The notes below the pieces were generated by a model. That model ran no database searches, was not told the DNA's origin, and saw only the letters and a program-made list of their open reading frames with translations. The position numbers and the translations under genes are program-made. Shown piece by piece: positions 35,441 through 46,395 of a stretch of 64,000 bases of DNA; positions within the stretch are counted from its first letter, which is position 1, and each line of letters opens with the position of its first letter. Origin of the DNA: a virus; IMG/VR virus record IMGVR_UViG_3300032249_000480, positions 1-64,000 of that record, one strand, 5' to 3'.

Positions 35441-36160
35441 ATGACATATCCAAAATATAATGATTTAATAGAAACAATTAGTCACTTACCATATAAAACT
35501 ATTTTGGTAGATGGGCCTAGAAGGTGTGCAACTAATTATACTAGAGCAAGCATAACATCTATGGTAAAAAATAATATAGTTTTTAGTCATTCAGACGCAT
35601 CTCATGATCCAAAAATATTTATTAAAAATAATAATTATTTGCATAGTGAAAATGTCTTACACATAATTCCAATTCGTAATCCAAAACAAGTTTTTATTTC
35701 TGCATTTATTATGTATGGTTACAATGATACAGAATATATCTTACAAATTTATAAAGGATTGTTAAACCAAGAAATTTTAAATTTTAAGAATTATCTTAAT
35801 TTAGAAAAAAAATATAAAAATACAGTTTTGTGTCCCATAGAACTTTTTAATAATAATGAAAATACAATATTAAACATTATTAATAAACAATATGATTTAA
35901 AATTAACAATAAGTGATTTTAATAAAGAAAAAGTTTTAGAAAGTCTTTCTTTATTTGAAGAAAAAGAATATGGTAAGAATGGTTTAATAAAATTTCACTC
36001 TTACCCAATCAAAGAACAAAAAACTGAAGAGTATAAAAATCAAATAAATTTTATGTCAAATCTAATTAATGAAGATAAAAAATCATTAAAAAAAATAGAA
36101 TTTCTTTCTTATGAATATGATTTATTTTTTGCTAATCAAAAAAAAGAGTGGGGCTTGTAA
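35441..36160 (+). CDS. sulfotransferase-like protein
   Basis: GPRRCATNY (5'-PSB loop) and IRNP (3'-PB). Confidence 0.55.
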   Translation: MTYPKYNDLIETISHLPYKTILVDGPRRCATNYTRASITSMVKNNIVFSHSDASHDPKIFIKNNNYLHSENVLHIIPIRNPKQVFISAFIMYGYNDTEYILQIYKGLLNQEILNFKNYLNLEKKYKNTVLCPIELFNNNENTILNIINKQYDLKLTISDFNKEKVLESLSLFEEKEYGKNGLIKFHSYPIKEQKTEEYKNQINFMSNLINEDKKSLKKIEFLSYEYDLFFANQKKEWGL

Positions 36161-36208
36161 AATTGAATTGAAAAACTTATAACTAGATACTTTAAGAAAA
36201 TAAAAAAG

Positions 36209-36229
36209 AACCCCTCCTAAGAGGGGTCC
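36209..36229. terminator. probable bidirectional terminator
   Basis: ACCCCTC/GAGGGGT hairpin between convergent genes, flanked by A and T runs. Confidence 0.65.
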
Positions 36230-36241
36230 TAATTTTATATA

Positions 36242-36790
36242 TTACTTAGGAAATTTAGACATCCACATTCTGGTCTTTGGGGTAATGCCCTTCCAAGAAG
36301 ACCAATCATCTCCACCCTTTGTCATGTAGTATGCAATCTCTGCATTCTTAACGGGATTGAATAGTTCAGCGTTAGACTCAAGATCAAACTTAGTTCTACG
36401 ATCAGGACCAAGGTTATCAATCATATTAATTTGAAACATGCCATAAGAAGAGTCCCCAGTCTTATGGTTTCCGTTGAAAGCCAATGGTCTACCATTAGAT
36501 TCTTTTTTTGCTACAGCCCAAGCCACTACAAGGTCATTACCCTTAAAGCCAACAAGAGACAGCAACTGTTTTAGTTCTAAATCAGTAAGATGAGTTTTAT
36601 TTTCAAAACTACTTAACATTTTTTCCTTAGAAACCAAAAAAACCGCCTCAGCGGTTGTTGAAACAGCATTCGTTTTAATACTTAGATTATTTTTAGTAGA
36701 CAAAGCGTTAGCATTGGCTGCTCCTACAACTGCAGTAAAACCAAGCACGGATGCGAGTACCCCTATTAGAAATTTTTGATCATTTTTCAT
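36242..36790 (-). CDS. secreted lysozyme-like lytic transglycosylase
   Basis: Signal/anchor sequence; AKKESNG catalytic Glu, YGMFQIN, NPVKNA, WSSW. Confidence 0.85.
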   Translation of the reverse strand: MKNDQKFLIGVLASVLGFTAVVGAANANALSTKNNLSIKTNAVSTTAEAVFLVSKEKMLSSFENKTHLTDLELKQLLSLVGFKGNDLVVAWAVAKKESNGRPLAFNGNHKTGDSSYGMFQINMIDNLGPDRRTKFDLESNAELFNPVKNAEIAYYMTKGGDDWSSWKGITPKTRMWMSKFPK

Positions 36791-36928
36791 AGTTTCCTCC
36801 TTAGAAAACAATAACACCTGTTTGGTGTCATACTCTAGTATAACATCTCAAAAATGTTATGTCAAATGACTTTACGCATAAGTAGAAAACTTTTTTAATT
36901 AATTTGAGCGTGGTATAATAGAAATACT

Positions 36929-38125
36929 ATGGCTACTGGCTCTACTTCAATATATAACATACCGTATCCTTTGTCAACTGACCCTGTAAATGTTCATTCA
37001 GATATGCAGCAAATGGCTACAACTCTTGAAACTATTTTTGGTGTTTTTAATGTTTCTCTTTCTTTTCCAAATACATGGACAAACTGGAATGTGTTTGAAA
37101 CAGTTTCTACACAACCTACAGTTACTATTACTCAGGCTGGAACTGGACATGCCTTATTAGTTCAAGATGGACCATCTGATACTACGCCTTTTATTATTGA
37201 TAGTTCTGGCAATCTTGTTATTGGAAAAACTACAGCAGCAGGAGCAAAATTAGATGTTGTTGGAAATTCAATTTTTACTGGATCAGTTACTGCAGGTTCT
37301 TTTATAGGTACAACATATTTGGGAACCACCGAATTATCTTTAAGCAGATCTTCAGCAAATCAAGGACTTACTGGAATATCTAGCATTCAGTTTCCAGGAT
37401 CAACTTCTGGAACAATAACACTGTCTTCCTCAGCAATTGCTGGAACAACGGCCATAACGCTTCCAGCAACATCTGGAACACTTCTTATAAATCCTATGAC
37501 AACCGCTGGAGATATTATTTATGGCGGAGCATCTGGTGTACCAACAAGACTCCCTGCTGGCTCTAATTCACATGTTTTAACATATGATAGTGCAACAAAT
37601 GCTCCTAAATGGTCAGCAGTTGCAGCAGGATACTCTGCACCAACTATAGGTTCAACATCTATCGGTTCTGGAGCAACAGTTACAACAATTGCTGGACTAA
37701 CTTTAACAACACCAGTTATAACTTTAAACACAACATCTAATAATGCAACTGGAACAATATCATGGGATTCAACAAACAGACTAATTCAAGTTGGAGATGG
37801 ATCTGGTGTTACAAATATTGCACCATTTATAGTTAATCAAGTTGCTAAAACAGGAAACTACACATTAATTCTTTCTGATGCAAATACATTAATTCAAATG
37901 AATGGTGCTTTTACATTTACTGTTCCTCTTAATGCCACAGTGGCATATCCAATAGGAACAACAATCAGCCTTATAGCACTTACAACTGGTGTTCAGGTAG
38001 CCTTTACTGCAGGAATTACATCTTATGCTACGCCAGGACTAAAACTTAGGGCTGCAGGTTCTATGGCAACATTAATTAAGTTAGGTACAAATACTTGGGC
38101 ATTAACTGGAGATTTAATAGCATAG
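36929..38125 (+). CDS. tail fibre protein
   Basis: IPYP..TDPVNV..D N-terminus; C-terminal domain similar to 27222..28193. Confidence 0.75.
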   Translation: MATGSTSIYNIPYPLSTDPVNVHSDMQQMATTLETIFGVFNVSLSFPNTWTNWNVFETVSTQPTVTITQAGTGHALLVQDGPSDTTPFIIDSSGNLVIGKTTAAGAKLDVVGNSIFTGSVTAGSFIGTTYLGTTELSLSRSSANQGLTGISSIQFPGSTSGTITLSSSAIAGTTAITLPATSGTLLINPMTTAGDIIYGGASGVPTRLPAGSNSHVLTYDSATNAPKWSAVAAGYSAPTIGSTSIGSGATVTTIAGLTLTTPVITLNTTSNNATGTISWDSTNRLIQVGDGSGVTNIAPFIVNQVAKTGNYTLILSDANTLIQMNGAFTFTVPLNATVAYPIGTTISLIALTTGVQVAFTAGITSYATPGLKLRAAGSMATLIKLGTNTWALTGDLIA

Positions 38126-38167
38126 TTTTTATGCTATACTTTAATAATAAAGAAAAGGGGTAATAAG

Positions 38168-38392
38168 ATGGCAATTGATTTTGGATCACTGCTTACTACT
38201 GAACAAAAAATTGATATCATTCAACAAAGAATTAATCAATTTGCTTCTGAGGCGTATCAACTAACTTTAAACAAAAAGTCAGCAGAAATCATTGGAAGAG
38301 AAGATCAAATTGAAGTAATTGAAAATAATCTTCTTTTACTTGAATCAGCAATATCTGTTCATCAAAAAGAAATAGAAGAACTTTCAAAATAG
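38168..38392 (+). CDS. small coiled-coil protein
   Basis: ORF with its own TGCTATACT promoter. Confidence 0.6.
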   Translation: MAIDFGSLLTTEQKIDIIQQRINQFASEAYQLTLNKKSAEIIGREDQIEVIENNLLLLESAISVHQKEIEELSK

Positions 38393-38427
38393 TTCTTAAA
38401 TATTGAGACAACTTTAACTAACTTAAA

Positions 38428-38460
38428 GTCCTATACCTAAATAAAAGGTATAGGCTTTTT
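38428..38460 (+). terminator. intrinsic terminator
   Basis: CCTATACCT/AGGTATAGG stem followed by a T tract. Confidence 0.65.
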
Positions 38461-38558
38461 GTTTTACGTTTGTTATTGATTTAAATTGGTGGTATAATTA
38501 GCAAGTACTTTACAAAACTAAAAGTACCTAATCTAATTTACTTGAAAGGTAACAACAA

Positions 38559-40589
38559 ATGTCAGATTTCTTTTCTTTTCGTCTTGTAGACGACTTTATT
38601 AATAAATATTCAGAGGTTCCAGCACCTTTTGGATTTACAGATGCAGGAGGAAACTCATTAGGAGAGATAACATTTATTCGTACGTATTCAAGAGTAAAAG
38701 ATGATGGTACAAAAGAAAAATGGTATGAGGTTTGTAAGCGTGTAATTGAAGGTATGTACTCAGTTCAAAAGAATCATGCAAAAGAAAACCGTCTTCCATG
38801 GAATGACAATAAAGCACAGAAGTCTGCACAAGAAGCCTTTCAAAGAATGTTTGAACTAAAGTGGACTCCACCAGGTCGTGGTCTTTGGGCATTTGGAACA
38901 CCAATGGTTATGGAAAAGCGCAACTCTGCATCACTTCAAAATTGTGCAATGGTTTCTACTCGTGACATTGATAGAAATGATCCAGGAGCATTGTTTGCTT
39001 GGACAATGGATGCTCTTATGCTTGGTATTGGTGTAGGGTTTGATACTGTTGGACAAGAAAAACAAATGTCAATTTATGCACCAACAGAACCAGTAAATAC
39101 CTATCAAATTCCTGATACTCGTGAGGGATGGGTAGAGTCTGTTCGTTTGTTAATTAACTCATTCCTTCGTCAAAATCAATCTATTCAAGACTTTGATTAC
39201 AGTTTGATTCGTCCACTAGGAGCGCCCATTAAAGGTTTTGGCGGGGTAGCCAGTGGACCACAACCATTGATTGACCTACATATAAGAATTAGGAAAGTTA
39301 TAGGGTCTAGAGCGGGAGAGATTCTTGATGCTCGTGCAATTGTTGATATTGTTAACCTTATTGGAACATGTGTTGTTTCTGGAAATGTTCGTCGTTCTGC
39401 AACACTTGCATTAGGTGCTGCTGGTGATGAAGAGTTTATGAATCTTAAAAATGGAGAAGTATTTCCAGAAAGAAACTCGTTTGATCCAAAAAATCCAGGC
39501 TGGGCATGGATGTCTAACAATTCTATTTCAGCATCAATTGGAACAAGATATGAAGATTATGTTGATGTAATCTCTGATAATGGAGAGCCAGGGTTTATTT
39601 GGCTTGATGTTGCTAGAAACTATGGTCGCCTTGCAGATTCTGCAGATGGCAAGGACTATCGTGTTATGGGTTTTAATCCTTGTGCAGAGCAGCCATTAGA
39701 ATCATATGAACTATGCACACTTGTAGAAGTTCATTTAAATCGTCATGAGTCTAAAGAAGATTTTCTTAAGACATTGAAATTTGCTTATCTTTATGGAAAA
39801 ACCGTTACTTTAATGCCAACTCATTGGCAAGTTACAAATGGAATTATGCAAAGAAATCGCCGTATTGGAACATCTCTTACTGGTATTGCATCGTTTGCAG
39901 ATACTCATGGATTGCCAACAACCCGCGAGTGGATGGATGAGGGATATCAAAAGATACGTGCCTATGATCACAGTTATTCAGAATGGCTATGTGTTCGTGA
40001 ATCAATTCGTGTAACAACTGTTAAGCCTTCAGGATCTGTATCACTATTGTCTGGTGCAACTCCAGGAGTTCACTGGGGTCCAGGAGGAGAATTCTTTTTA
40101 CGTGCTATCCGTTTTGGAGAGCAAGATCCAATGCTTCATTTATTTAGAGCAGCAGGATATAAAATTGAAAAAGACGTTGTATCAGCAAATACACAAGTAG
40201 TATATTTCCCAGTTCACTCAGGACACCCTAGATCTGAAAAAGATGTAAGCATGTTTGAAAAAATTGGATTGGCAGCAACTGCTCAAAAATATTGGTCTGA
40301 TAATGGTGTTTCAGTTACATTATCTTTTGATAAAGAAACGGAAACTAAATTTATTGCTCCAGCACTACACATGTATGAGGGACAATTGAAGGCAGTATCT
40401 TTTCTTCCAATGGGTAATAAAACATATCCACAACAACCATACACTCAAATAACCAAAGATGAATATAATGACTATGTTGGAACTATTGCCAAGATTGACT
40501 GGAATGCTATTTATAATGGTGTAGAAAATCTTGAAGCAGAAGGAGAAATGTACTGCACCACAGATGTTTGTGAGATTAAAATAAAATAA
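38559..40589 (+). CDS. nrdJ: class II (adenosylcobalamin-dependent) ribonucleotide reductase, RTPR type
   Basis: PPGRGLW, NCA, GNVRRSA, NPCAEQ, TTVKPSG, C-terminal CTTDVC. Confidence 0.95.
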   Translation: MSDFFSFRLVDDFINKYSEVPAPFGFTDAGGNSLGEITFIRTYSRVKDDGTKEKWYEVCKRVIEGMYSVQKNHAKENRLPWNDNKAQKSAQEAFQRMFELKWTPPGRGLWAFGTPMVMEKRNSASLQNCAMVSTRDIDRNDPGALFAWTMDALMLGIGVGFDTVGQEKQMSIYAPTEPVNTYQIPDTREGWVESVRLLINSFLRQNQSIQDFDYSLIRPLGAPIKGFGGVASGPQPLIDLHIRIRKVIGSRAGEILDARAIVDIVNLIGTCVVSGNVRRSATLALGAAGDEEFMNLKNGEVFPERNSFDPKNPGWAWMSNNSISASIGTRYEDYVDVISDNGEPGFIWLDVARNYGRLADSADGKDYRVMGFNPCAEQPLESYELCTLVEVHLNRHESKEDFLKTLKFAYLYGKTVTLMPTHWQVTNGIMQRNRRIGTSLTGIASFADTHGLPTTREWMDEGYQKIRAYDHSYSEWLCVRESIRVTTVKPSGSVSLLSGATPGVHWGPGGEFFLRAIRFGEQDPMLHLFRAAGYKIEKDVVSANTQVVYFPVHSGHPRSEKDVSMFEKIGLAATAQKYWSDNGVSVTLSFDKETETKFIAPALHMYEGQLKAVSFLPMGNKTYPQQPYTQITKDEYNDYVGTIAKIDWNAIYNGVENLEAEGEMYCTTDVCEIKIK

Positions 40590-40621
40590 TCTTACTATGG
40601 TAAAATAGGGATAGGAGATAA

Positions 40622-43600
40622 ATGAAAAGCCTATCTAATCTTTATATAGAAAAAGTGTTATCAGAACACCCTATTTCAACATGGGTGTTATCTGATGATC
40701 TTGGTTATATTTCTTTAATTTCTGAAGAAAATAGAAAAAATCATGATTCTGGTCAATGGGAATTAACCAATGCAACATCATCACTAGAGTCTTTTCCACC
40801 AGTCAATGTTCCATTTTCAAGTTCTAACACAAGCAAAATAATTGGATCTGTGCCAAGTTTGTCAACAATGACTATTGATGCAAAAAGCGTATTTACTTTA
40901 AATGAATCAAACATTAATGAAGATTTTTCTAGCATCACTATAGGATTTTTTATTTATATAGATAATCCTTATACAAGATCAATTTCTGTTGGATATGAAT
41001 ATTATAATCTTGGAACTTTGTCCTATGTTAAAAACATAAAAACAGTTGATGTAACATCTGCAAATTCTGATTCTTGGATTTTTGTTTCTGGAACATTTAA
41101 TTTACCAACAGTTGCATATGAAGACATTAAAATTGTTATTGAAATGGATACAATTAGTGGAGGAACTTCGGGAGATTATAACTTTTACATTAATGGATTA
41201 ACAGTAGGACAATGGTCTGAAGAATTTAATCTAAAATCTTTAGGAATAAACACAGAAAGTATTCCAACAAATATTTCTTTGCCAAATACATTTAAGGTAG
41301 TTCCAGCCAAACAGTATTCTATCAATCAAAGTAATGCCTATTATTTATCTAATGACTCTACATTATTTGCTAAAAATTTTGGAATACCCCTTGCCTATGG
41401 CTCATCTAATGTTACAAAAATTTATGAAAACGTTGTTGGCGATGTAACATATCCTTCATTGATTTTTCCAGGAAGTGGATTTTTAAACAAAAGGGGTCAA
41501 TATAACACATATACAGCAGAAATGTGGATTAGACTAAATACTGATACAAATACACCTAGAAAAATATTTGGTCCAATTTCTGATAAAAATGGATTATATG
41601 CAGATGGATCATTTTTAACATTTGTTATAGGAAACAATATAGGCTCCCACTACATTGGTGAATGGAGTAGGCCTATGTTAATTGACATTAGGTTTATAAA
41701 AAACAATATAAGCGTTTTATTAAATGGAGAACAAGTAATAAATATTAATATAAATGAAAACGACTTATTGTTTCCATCAGAATTTGACAGTAATGGAAAA
41801 AGTCAAGACTGGCTAGGATTTTATACTTATAGTGATATTGGTTTATTTGAAATAGATTCTTTTTCCTTGTATTCTTATTCTGTTCCAACAGAAGTTGCAA
41901 AGCGTCGTTGGGTATGGGGACAAGGAATACTTCCACCAGAATCAACCAACTATTCATTAAATGCAAAAACCGCATATAATGATTATTCTTTTGCAAATTA
42001 TTCTTCAAACTATAACTATCCAAATTTTGCAAATTGGAATCAAGGGTTTTTTAGTAATATAGATACTTCAAAAGAACTTTTAAAAATACCAGACTACAAA
42101 CTTCCAGAATTTATATTAGATAATTTTTCATATGATAAATGGATAACAGATATTAAAGATTCACAAGAAGCAAATGCAACTAAATATTTTACCTTTAGAC
42201 CAAGTGAAGATTGGGATTCAAAAAATTGTTATATTTTCTTTAAAAATATGAACATTATAAATGAAAACTTAAAAATGTTTTATGGTGTTTTTAAATCAGA
42301 TACAACATCTAATAACGAAACTTTATTTAAAATAGTAAATAATGTCACAAAAGATTATTTAAAATGCACAATTAATGGAAGCACTATAACTTACTCAATT
42401 AATCTTTCAGGAGCACAAAGTGTTATAGGCACTAAAACAATTACTGCAAATGTTAATTTTGTCTGCGGAATAGATATAGGTAAACTCTCTAATCTTTCAA
42501 TTAATGGAATTCGTAGTTTTTTTGCAACCTTGTCAAATTTATCTTTATATATTGGAGGAGAAGAAAGTAATACCTATACTGGCTTAATGCTTAATTTTTC
42601 TTTTGATGCTGAATATAATAGTAAAAAAATTAATACTTCTTCAATTGATTCAAATGGACTATTTAATATAAATAGTAGCATTGGAAATACTATAGCCCAA
42701 CATACTGCAAACTATACTCTTAAACTTTTATATAAGTATGATATTTTGTTTGTAGATATTGCTTCTGCTGGCTATTGGGAAGACTATATTCCATTGTCAT
42801 ATTTTGCAAAAACTACAAAAAATTATGAAGGTAAAGAATATTATGACCTTGATTCAATTCAAATTAATTTAGACTACCCAGAGCCACTAGAAAGATCATC
42901 GGAAGAGTCTGTTGGTTTTTGGACATATCAAGATTTAAAAATTAGATACGAAACTCTTAATGGTTTTCAATATGTACAAACATACGGACAACTTGATAAT
43001 AATATATATAGTGGTTGGGAAGATTATCAAGATATGTCAGAAGATTCTGAAAAATATTATAACTTTAATACAGAAAATAATTCAATTAAGTCATACATCT
43101 CTTTTCAAAAAATTACTAATGGATCAAATAAAAATTTAATTGATTTTCTTAGTGTTGAGATAGCACCAGTTTCTGGCGTTATTGAGCCAGACTCATCACG
43201 TAATGAATGGGAAGATACGGCATTTGAGGTGTTTGATGGAACAATAATTTATGCACCATCAAAAAATAAAAATTTGGCCACAATAGATTTTAATAACTAT
43301 GCAATTGTTACACATCTTGACTTTATTTCAGATGGAATTTTTCATAATCCATTAAAGTTTAAGAGTCTTCAATATGCATCAAAAGTTTTAGAAAGAAATG
43401 ATTTTTCAAAAATGGGAACAAAGTTTGGAACAAATCTATACCTATATAGAAAAACTGGAACATATTATGATTTTAAAGGACACAACCCTGTTGCTACATA
43501 CAAGGGAAGCACACCACACCTATTTTTAAATAATAATTCTGGATGGAAACTTAAAGGAGAGGCGTCTACTTTAATTGAAAGAGGTTTGTCTATGCCAGTT

Positions 43601-44308
43601 AACTTTGAAAAAGGAATTAATTATAAGGTCAGTTCTATTCAAATGTGGTTAAGATATTCTGAACGAGTGTTTCCTACAGTTGGATCATTAATGTTATCAG
43701 TTAATCACAAAAACTCCATATACGATTTTTATCTTGAGGGCGATTCAAGCACTCAAAGAGGATATGTATATGGTATAGATAGATATAGTGGTAATCCATT
43801 AACAAATGTTATATATTCTATTAATGGAAATATTGTTGATACGCCATACATTGTTAATGAAAATTGGTCAGTTTTGGGAATTGGTTTTTCTGATTTATTA
43901 GATTTTAGTGAATATAGTGGAACAATAAATGTTACTGGCAACATTACATTTAATAATTTATCATATTATTTATCAGATGATTTACAACAAAAACAAAAAA
44001 TAAAATCAAGGCTATGGTCAGAAGTAAAAGATGGTTCTAAGACTTGGACATATTGGGAAACACCACTTGACATTAACTCTGATGGAGATTATTCAGATGC
44101 TGGCGAACTTGACGGAACCTGGAGAAGTATTTACGTTATAGAAGATTCAACGTTTTATAATATAAATCCAAATATTGTCTATAATGGCTATGTCGGTATT
44201 GATAGAATTATTGTTGATGATTCCGTAAATGGGATTATGGTTGATCCAGAAAAATTTAAGGTATATTCTAGTCCTGCTTGGTCAACATTTACAAAGACTC
44301 CTGCATAG
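40622..44308 (+). CDS. large virion/tail protein (beta-sandwich-rich)
   Basis: 1228 aa; LamG-like YTAEMW segment; late promoter. Confidence 0.6.
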   Translation: MKSLSNLYIEKVLSEHPISTWVLSDDLGYISLISEENRKNHDSGQWELTNATSSLESFPPVNVPFSSSNTSKIIGSVPSLSTMTIDAKSVFTLNESNINEDFSSITIGFFIYIDNPYTRSISVGYEYYNLGTLSYVKNIKTVDVTSANSDSWIFVSGTFNLPTVAYEDIKIVIEMDTISGGTSGDYNFYINGLTVGQWSEEFNLKSLGINTESIPTNISLPNTFKVVPAKQYSINQSNAYYLSNDSTLFAKNFGIPLAYGSSNVTKIYENVVGDVTYPSLIFPGSGFLNKRGQYNTYTAEMWIRLNTDTNTPRKIFGPISDKNGLYADGSFLTFVIGNNIGSHYIGEWSRPMLIDIRFIKNNISVLLNGEQVINININENDLLFPSEFDSNGKSQDWLGFYTYSDIGLFEIDSFSLYSYSVPTEVAKRRWVWGQGILPPESTNYSLNAKTAYNDYSFANYSSNYNYPNFANWNQGFFSNIDTSKELLKIPDYKLPEFILDNFSYDKWITDIKDSQEANATKYFTFRPSEDWDSKNCYIFFKNMNIINENLKMFYGVFKSDTTSNNETLFKIVNNVTKDYLKCTINGSTITYSINLSGAQSVIGTKTITANVNFVCGIDIGKLSNLSINGIRSFFATLSNLSLYIGGEESNTYTGLMLNFSFDAEYNSKKINTSSIDSNGLFNINSSIGNTIAQHTANYTLKLLYKYDILFVDIASAGYWEDYIPLSYFAKTTKNYEGKEYYDLDSIQINLDYPEPLERSSEESVGFWTYQDLKIRYETLNGFQYVQTYGQLDNNIYSGWEDYQDMSEDSEKYYNFNTENNSIKSYISFQKITNGSNKNLIDFLSVEIAPVSGVIEPDSSRNEWEDTAFEVFDGTIIYAPSKNKNLATIDFNNYAIVTHLDFISDGIFHNPLKFKSLQYASKVLERNDFSKMGTKFGTNLYLYRKTGTYYDFKGHNPVATYKGSTPHLFLNNNSGWKLKGEASTLIERGLSMPVNFEKGINYKVSSIQMWLRYSERVFPTVGSLMLSVNHKNSIYDFYLEGDSSTQRGYVYGIDRYSGNPLTNVIYSINGNIVDTPYIVNENWSVLGIGFSDLLDFSEYSGTINVTGNITFNNLSYYLSDDLQQKQKIKSRLWSEVKDGSKTWTYWETPLDINSDGDYSDAGELDGTWRSIYVIEDSTFYNINPNIVYNGYVGIDRIIVDDSVNGIMVDPEKFKVYSSPAWSTFTKTPA

Positions 44309-44326
44309 TCTGGTATACTTGTGGTT

Positions 44327-44722
44327 ATGGATGGATTAATTAACCCAAAAACTGGTAAACCTATTGTAGAAAATGTTCGTCGCCAAGTCATTGATAAGCA
44401 CTATGACTGGGGACTTTATGTGTATAAAAAGGCTAGTGGAGCCTATTTCACAGATGGCGAAGGAAATGTTCTAAATATTCCTTCTAATAAAAACGATATT
44501 GGTCAAATTAATAAGTTAAAGGCAGCAGCAATTTATCATGGAGATCCTGGAGACGGCAAGGCCGTTTTTGTTCCAGGGCTTACAAGAGTTACTGAAGAAG
44601 AATACTCAGAACAACTAGATAGAATGAAAGCAGGATTAATTCCTTCAATGAACGACCTTGGTGCTTGGAAGGCTGCACAAGACACTGTTGATAAGTATGG
44701 AAGAGGTATTTTAGATGAGTGA
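44327..44722 (+). CDS. hypothetical head-module protein
   Basis: Immediately upstream of the portal gene; leaderless TGGTATACT. Confidence 0.65.
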   Translation: MDGLINPKTGKPIVENVRRQVIDKHYDWGLYVYKKASGAYFTDGEGNVLNIPSNKNDIGQINKLKAAAIYHGDPGDGKAVFVPGLTRVTEEEYSEQLDRMKAGLIPSMNDLGAWKAAQDTVDKYGRGILDE

Positions 44723-46355
44723 TGATTTTGAGTTTCAATATGTTTCCGCAGCACTAAATACTCAAGAAAAAGATGAGAATCCTTTTAAGAAAAGCGATCC
44801 ATTTAATCAAGACTGGAACAACCTTAAAGATCTTTTAGGACTTGAGCAGAACTTTAAACGCCGTACAGCAAGAACAGTAACAAAAGCAGTTGATACATAC
44901 AACTCTGCGGTAATGACTCAACAGCCTGCTCCAACTGATCAATATCTTGCAAATGCTAGAGCGAGTCAAGTTGGAGATGGTGCAGGATCAAAAACAATAA
45001 ATCCTGGAACTGTTTATCGTAATGGATATGGAATCTTTGACGTAATTACACCACCATACAATATGTACGAACTAGCCAATTTTTATGATACATCTTTTGC
45101 TAATCATGCTGCTATTGATGCAAAGGTAGAAAACGTTGTTGGTCTTGGATATCATTTTGAAATGAACGCTCAAACAATGATGAAATTATCTGCATCTACT
45201 GATGAAGCAGCAACAGAAAGAGCAAGAAGAAGAATTGAAAGACTTAAGATTGATGCAAAAGAATGGATTGAAGGCTTAAACACAGATGATAGTTTTACAA
45301 CTATTATGGAAAAAGTTTACACAGATGTACAGGCAACTGGTAACGGATATCTTGAAATTGGTCGTAAGGTAAATGGAGAAATTGGATATATTGGTCATGT
45401 TCCATCTACTACAATGCGTGTACGTCGTTTGCGTGATGGATATGTACAGATTATTGGACCACGCTTAGTTTATTTCCGTAACTTTGGGGCAAAGAATCAA
45501 AACCCATTAACATCAGATAATCGTCCTAATGAAATTATTCACTTTAAAGAATACTCTCCGCTAAATACATATTATGGAGTACCAGACATTATTGCTGCTA
45601 TGCCATCTCTTATTGGAGATCAACTTGCTTCTCAGTATAATATTGACTACTTTGAAAACAAGGCTGTACCAAGATATATTATTACTCTTAAAGGTGCAAA
45701 ACTCTCTCCTGACGCAGAAGATAAAATGTTTAGATTCCTTCAAACTGGATTAAAGTCTCAATCTCACCGCACTCTTTATATTCCGCTTCCTGGAGATTCA
45801 GATACTAATAAGGTTGAATTTAAGATGGAGCCAATTGAAAATGGTATTCAGGATGGTTCATTTAAAGAATATCGTAAGCAGAATCGTGATGATATTCTTA
45901 TTGCCCATCAGGTTCCAATCTCTAAGTTGGGTGGGGCAGACTCAGGTATCGCTGCAGCCCTTTCACAGGATCGCACTTTTAAGGAACAGGTTGCTCGTCC
46001 AGAACAAGAAAAAATTGAAAAGTTTATTAGCAAAATTGTCAAGGAATTTACAGACATTGTTGAACTTAAATTCAATGAATTAACCCTTACAGATGAGATT
46101 GCTCAATCACAGATTCTTGAAAGATATGTTAAGAATCAAATTATGTTACCTAATGAGGCTCGTGAGATTTTAGATCTTCCACAAGCACCTCATGGAGACA
46201 AGCCTTTAGAATTAACTGCTAGAGCAGCAGCAGATGCTAATGCTAACAATGCAAAAAATAGATCAAGAGATGCCGAAAGAACAAACAACTCATCCGATAG
46301 CCCTGCAACAGTTGCTGGTAGGAATCCAAAAGGCACTGGTAGATCATCTCAATAA
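44715..46355 (+). CDS. portal protein
   Basis: TGNGYLE, EIIHFK, YYGVP, YFENKAVP, AHQVP, NEARE. Confidence 0.92.
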   Translation: MSDDFEFQYVSAALNTQEKDENPFKKSDPFNQDWNNLKDLLGLEQNFKRRTARTVTKAVDTYNSAVMTQQPAPTDQYLANARASQVGDGAGSKTINPGTVYRNGYGIFDVITPPYNMYELANFYDTSFANHAAIDAKVENVVGLGYHFEMNAQTMMKLSASTDEAATERARRRIERLKIDAKEWIEGLNTDDSFTTIMEKVYTDVQATGNGYLEIGRKVNGEIGYIGHVPSTTMRVRRLRDGYVQIIGPRLVYFRNFGAKNQNPLTSDNRPNEIIHFKEYSPLNTYYGVPDIIAAMPSLIGDQLASQYNIDYFENKAVPRYIITLKGAKLSPDAEDKMFRFLQTGLKSQSHRTLYIPLPGDSDTNKVEFKMEPIENGIQDGSFKEYRKQNRDDILIAHQVPISKLGGADSGIAAALSQDRTFKEQVARPEQEKIEKFISKIVKEFTDIVELKFNELTLTDEIAQSQILERYVKNQIMLPNEAREILDLPQAPHGDKPLELTARAAADANANNAKNRSRDAERTNNSSDSPATVAGRNPKGTGRSSQ

Positions 46356-46395
46356 CTGAGATGTGTGTTAAAATCTTTGGTATAATAGGAGAGAT

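Noticed and set aside
38393-40589. Cobalamin riboswitch, NrdR boxes or intein at nrdJ
   Set aside because: The leader is short and AT-rich with no recognisable motif, and the protein is normal length and uninterrupted.
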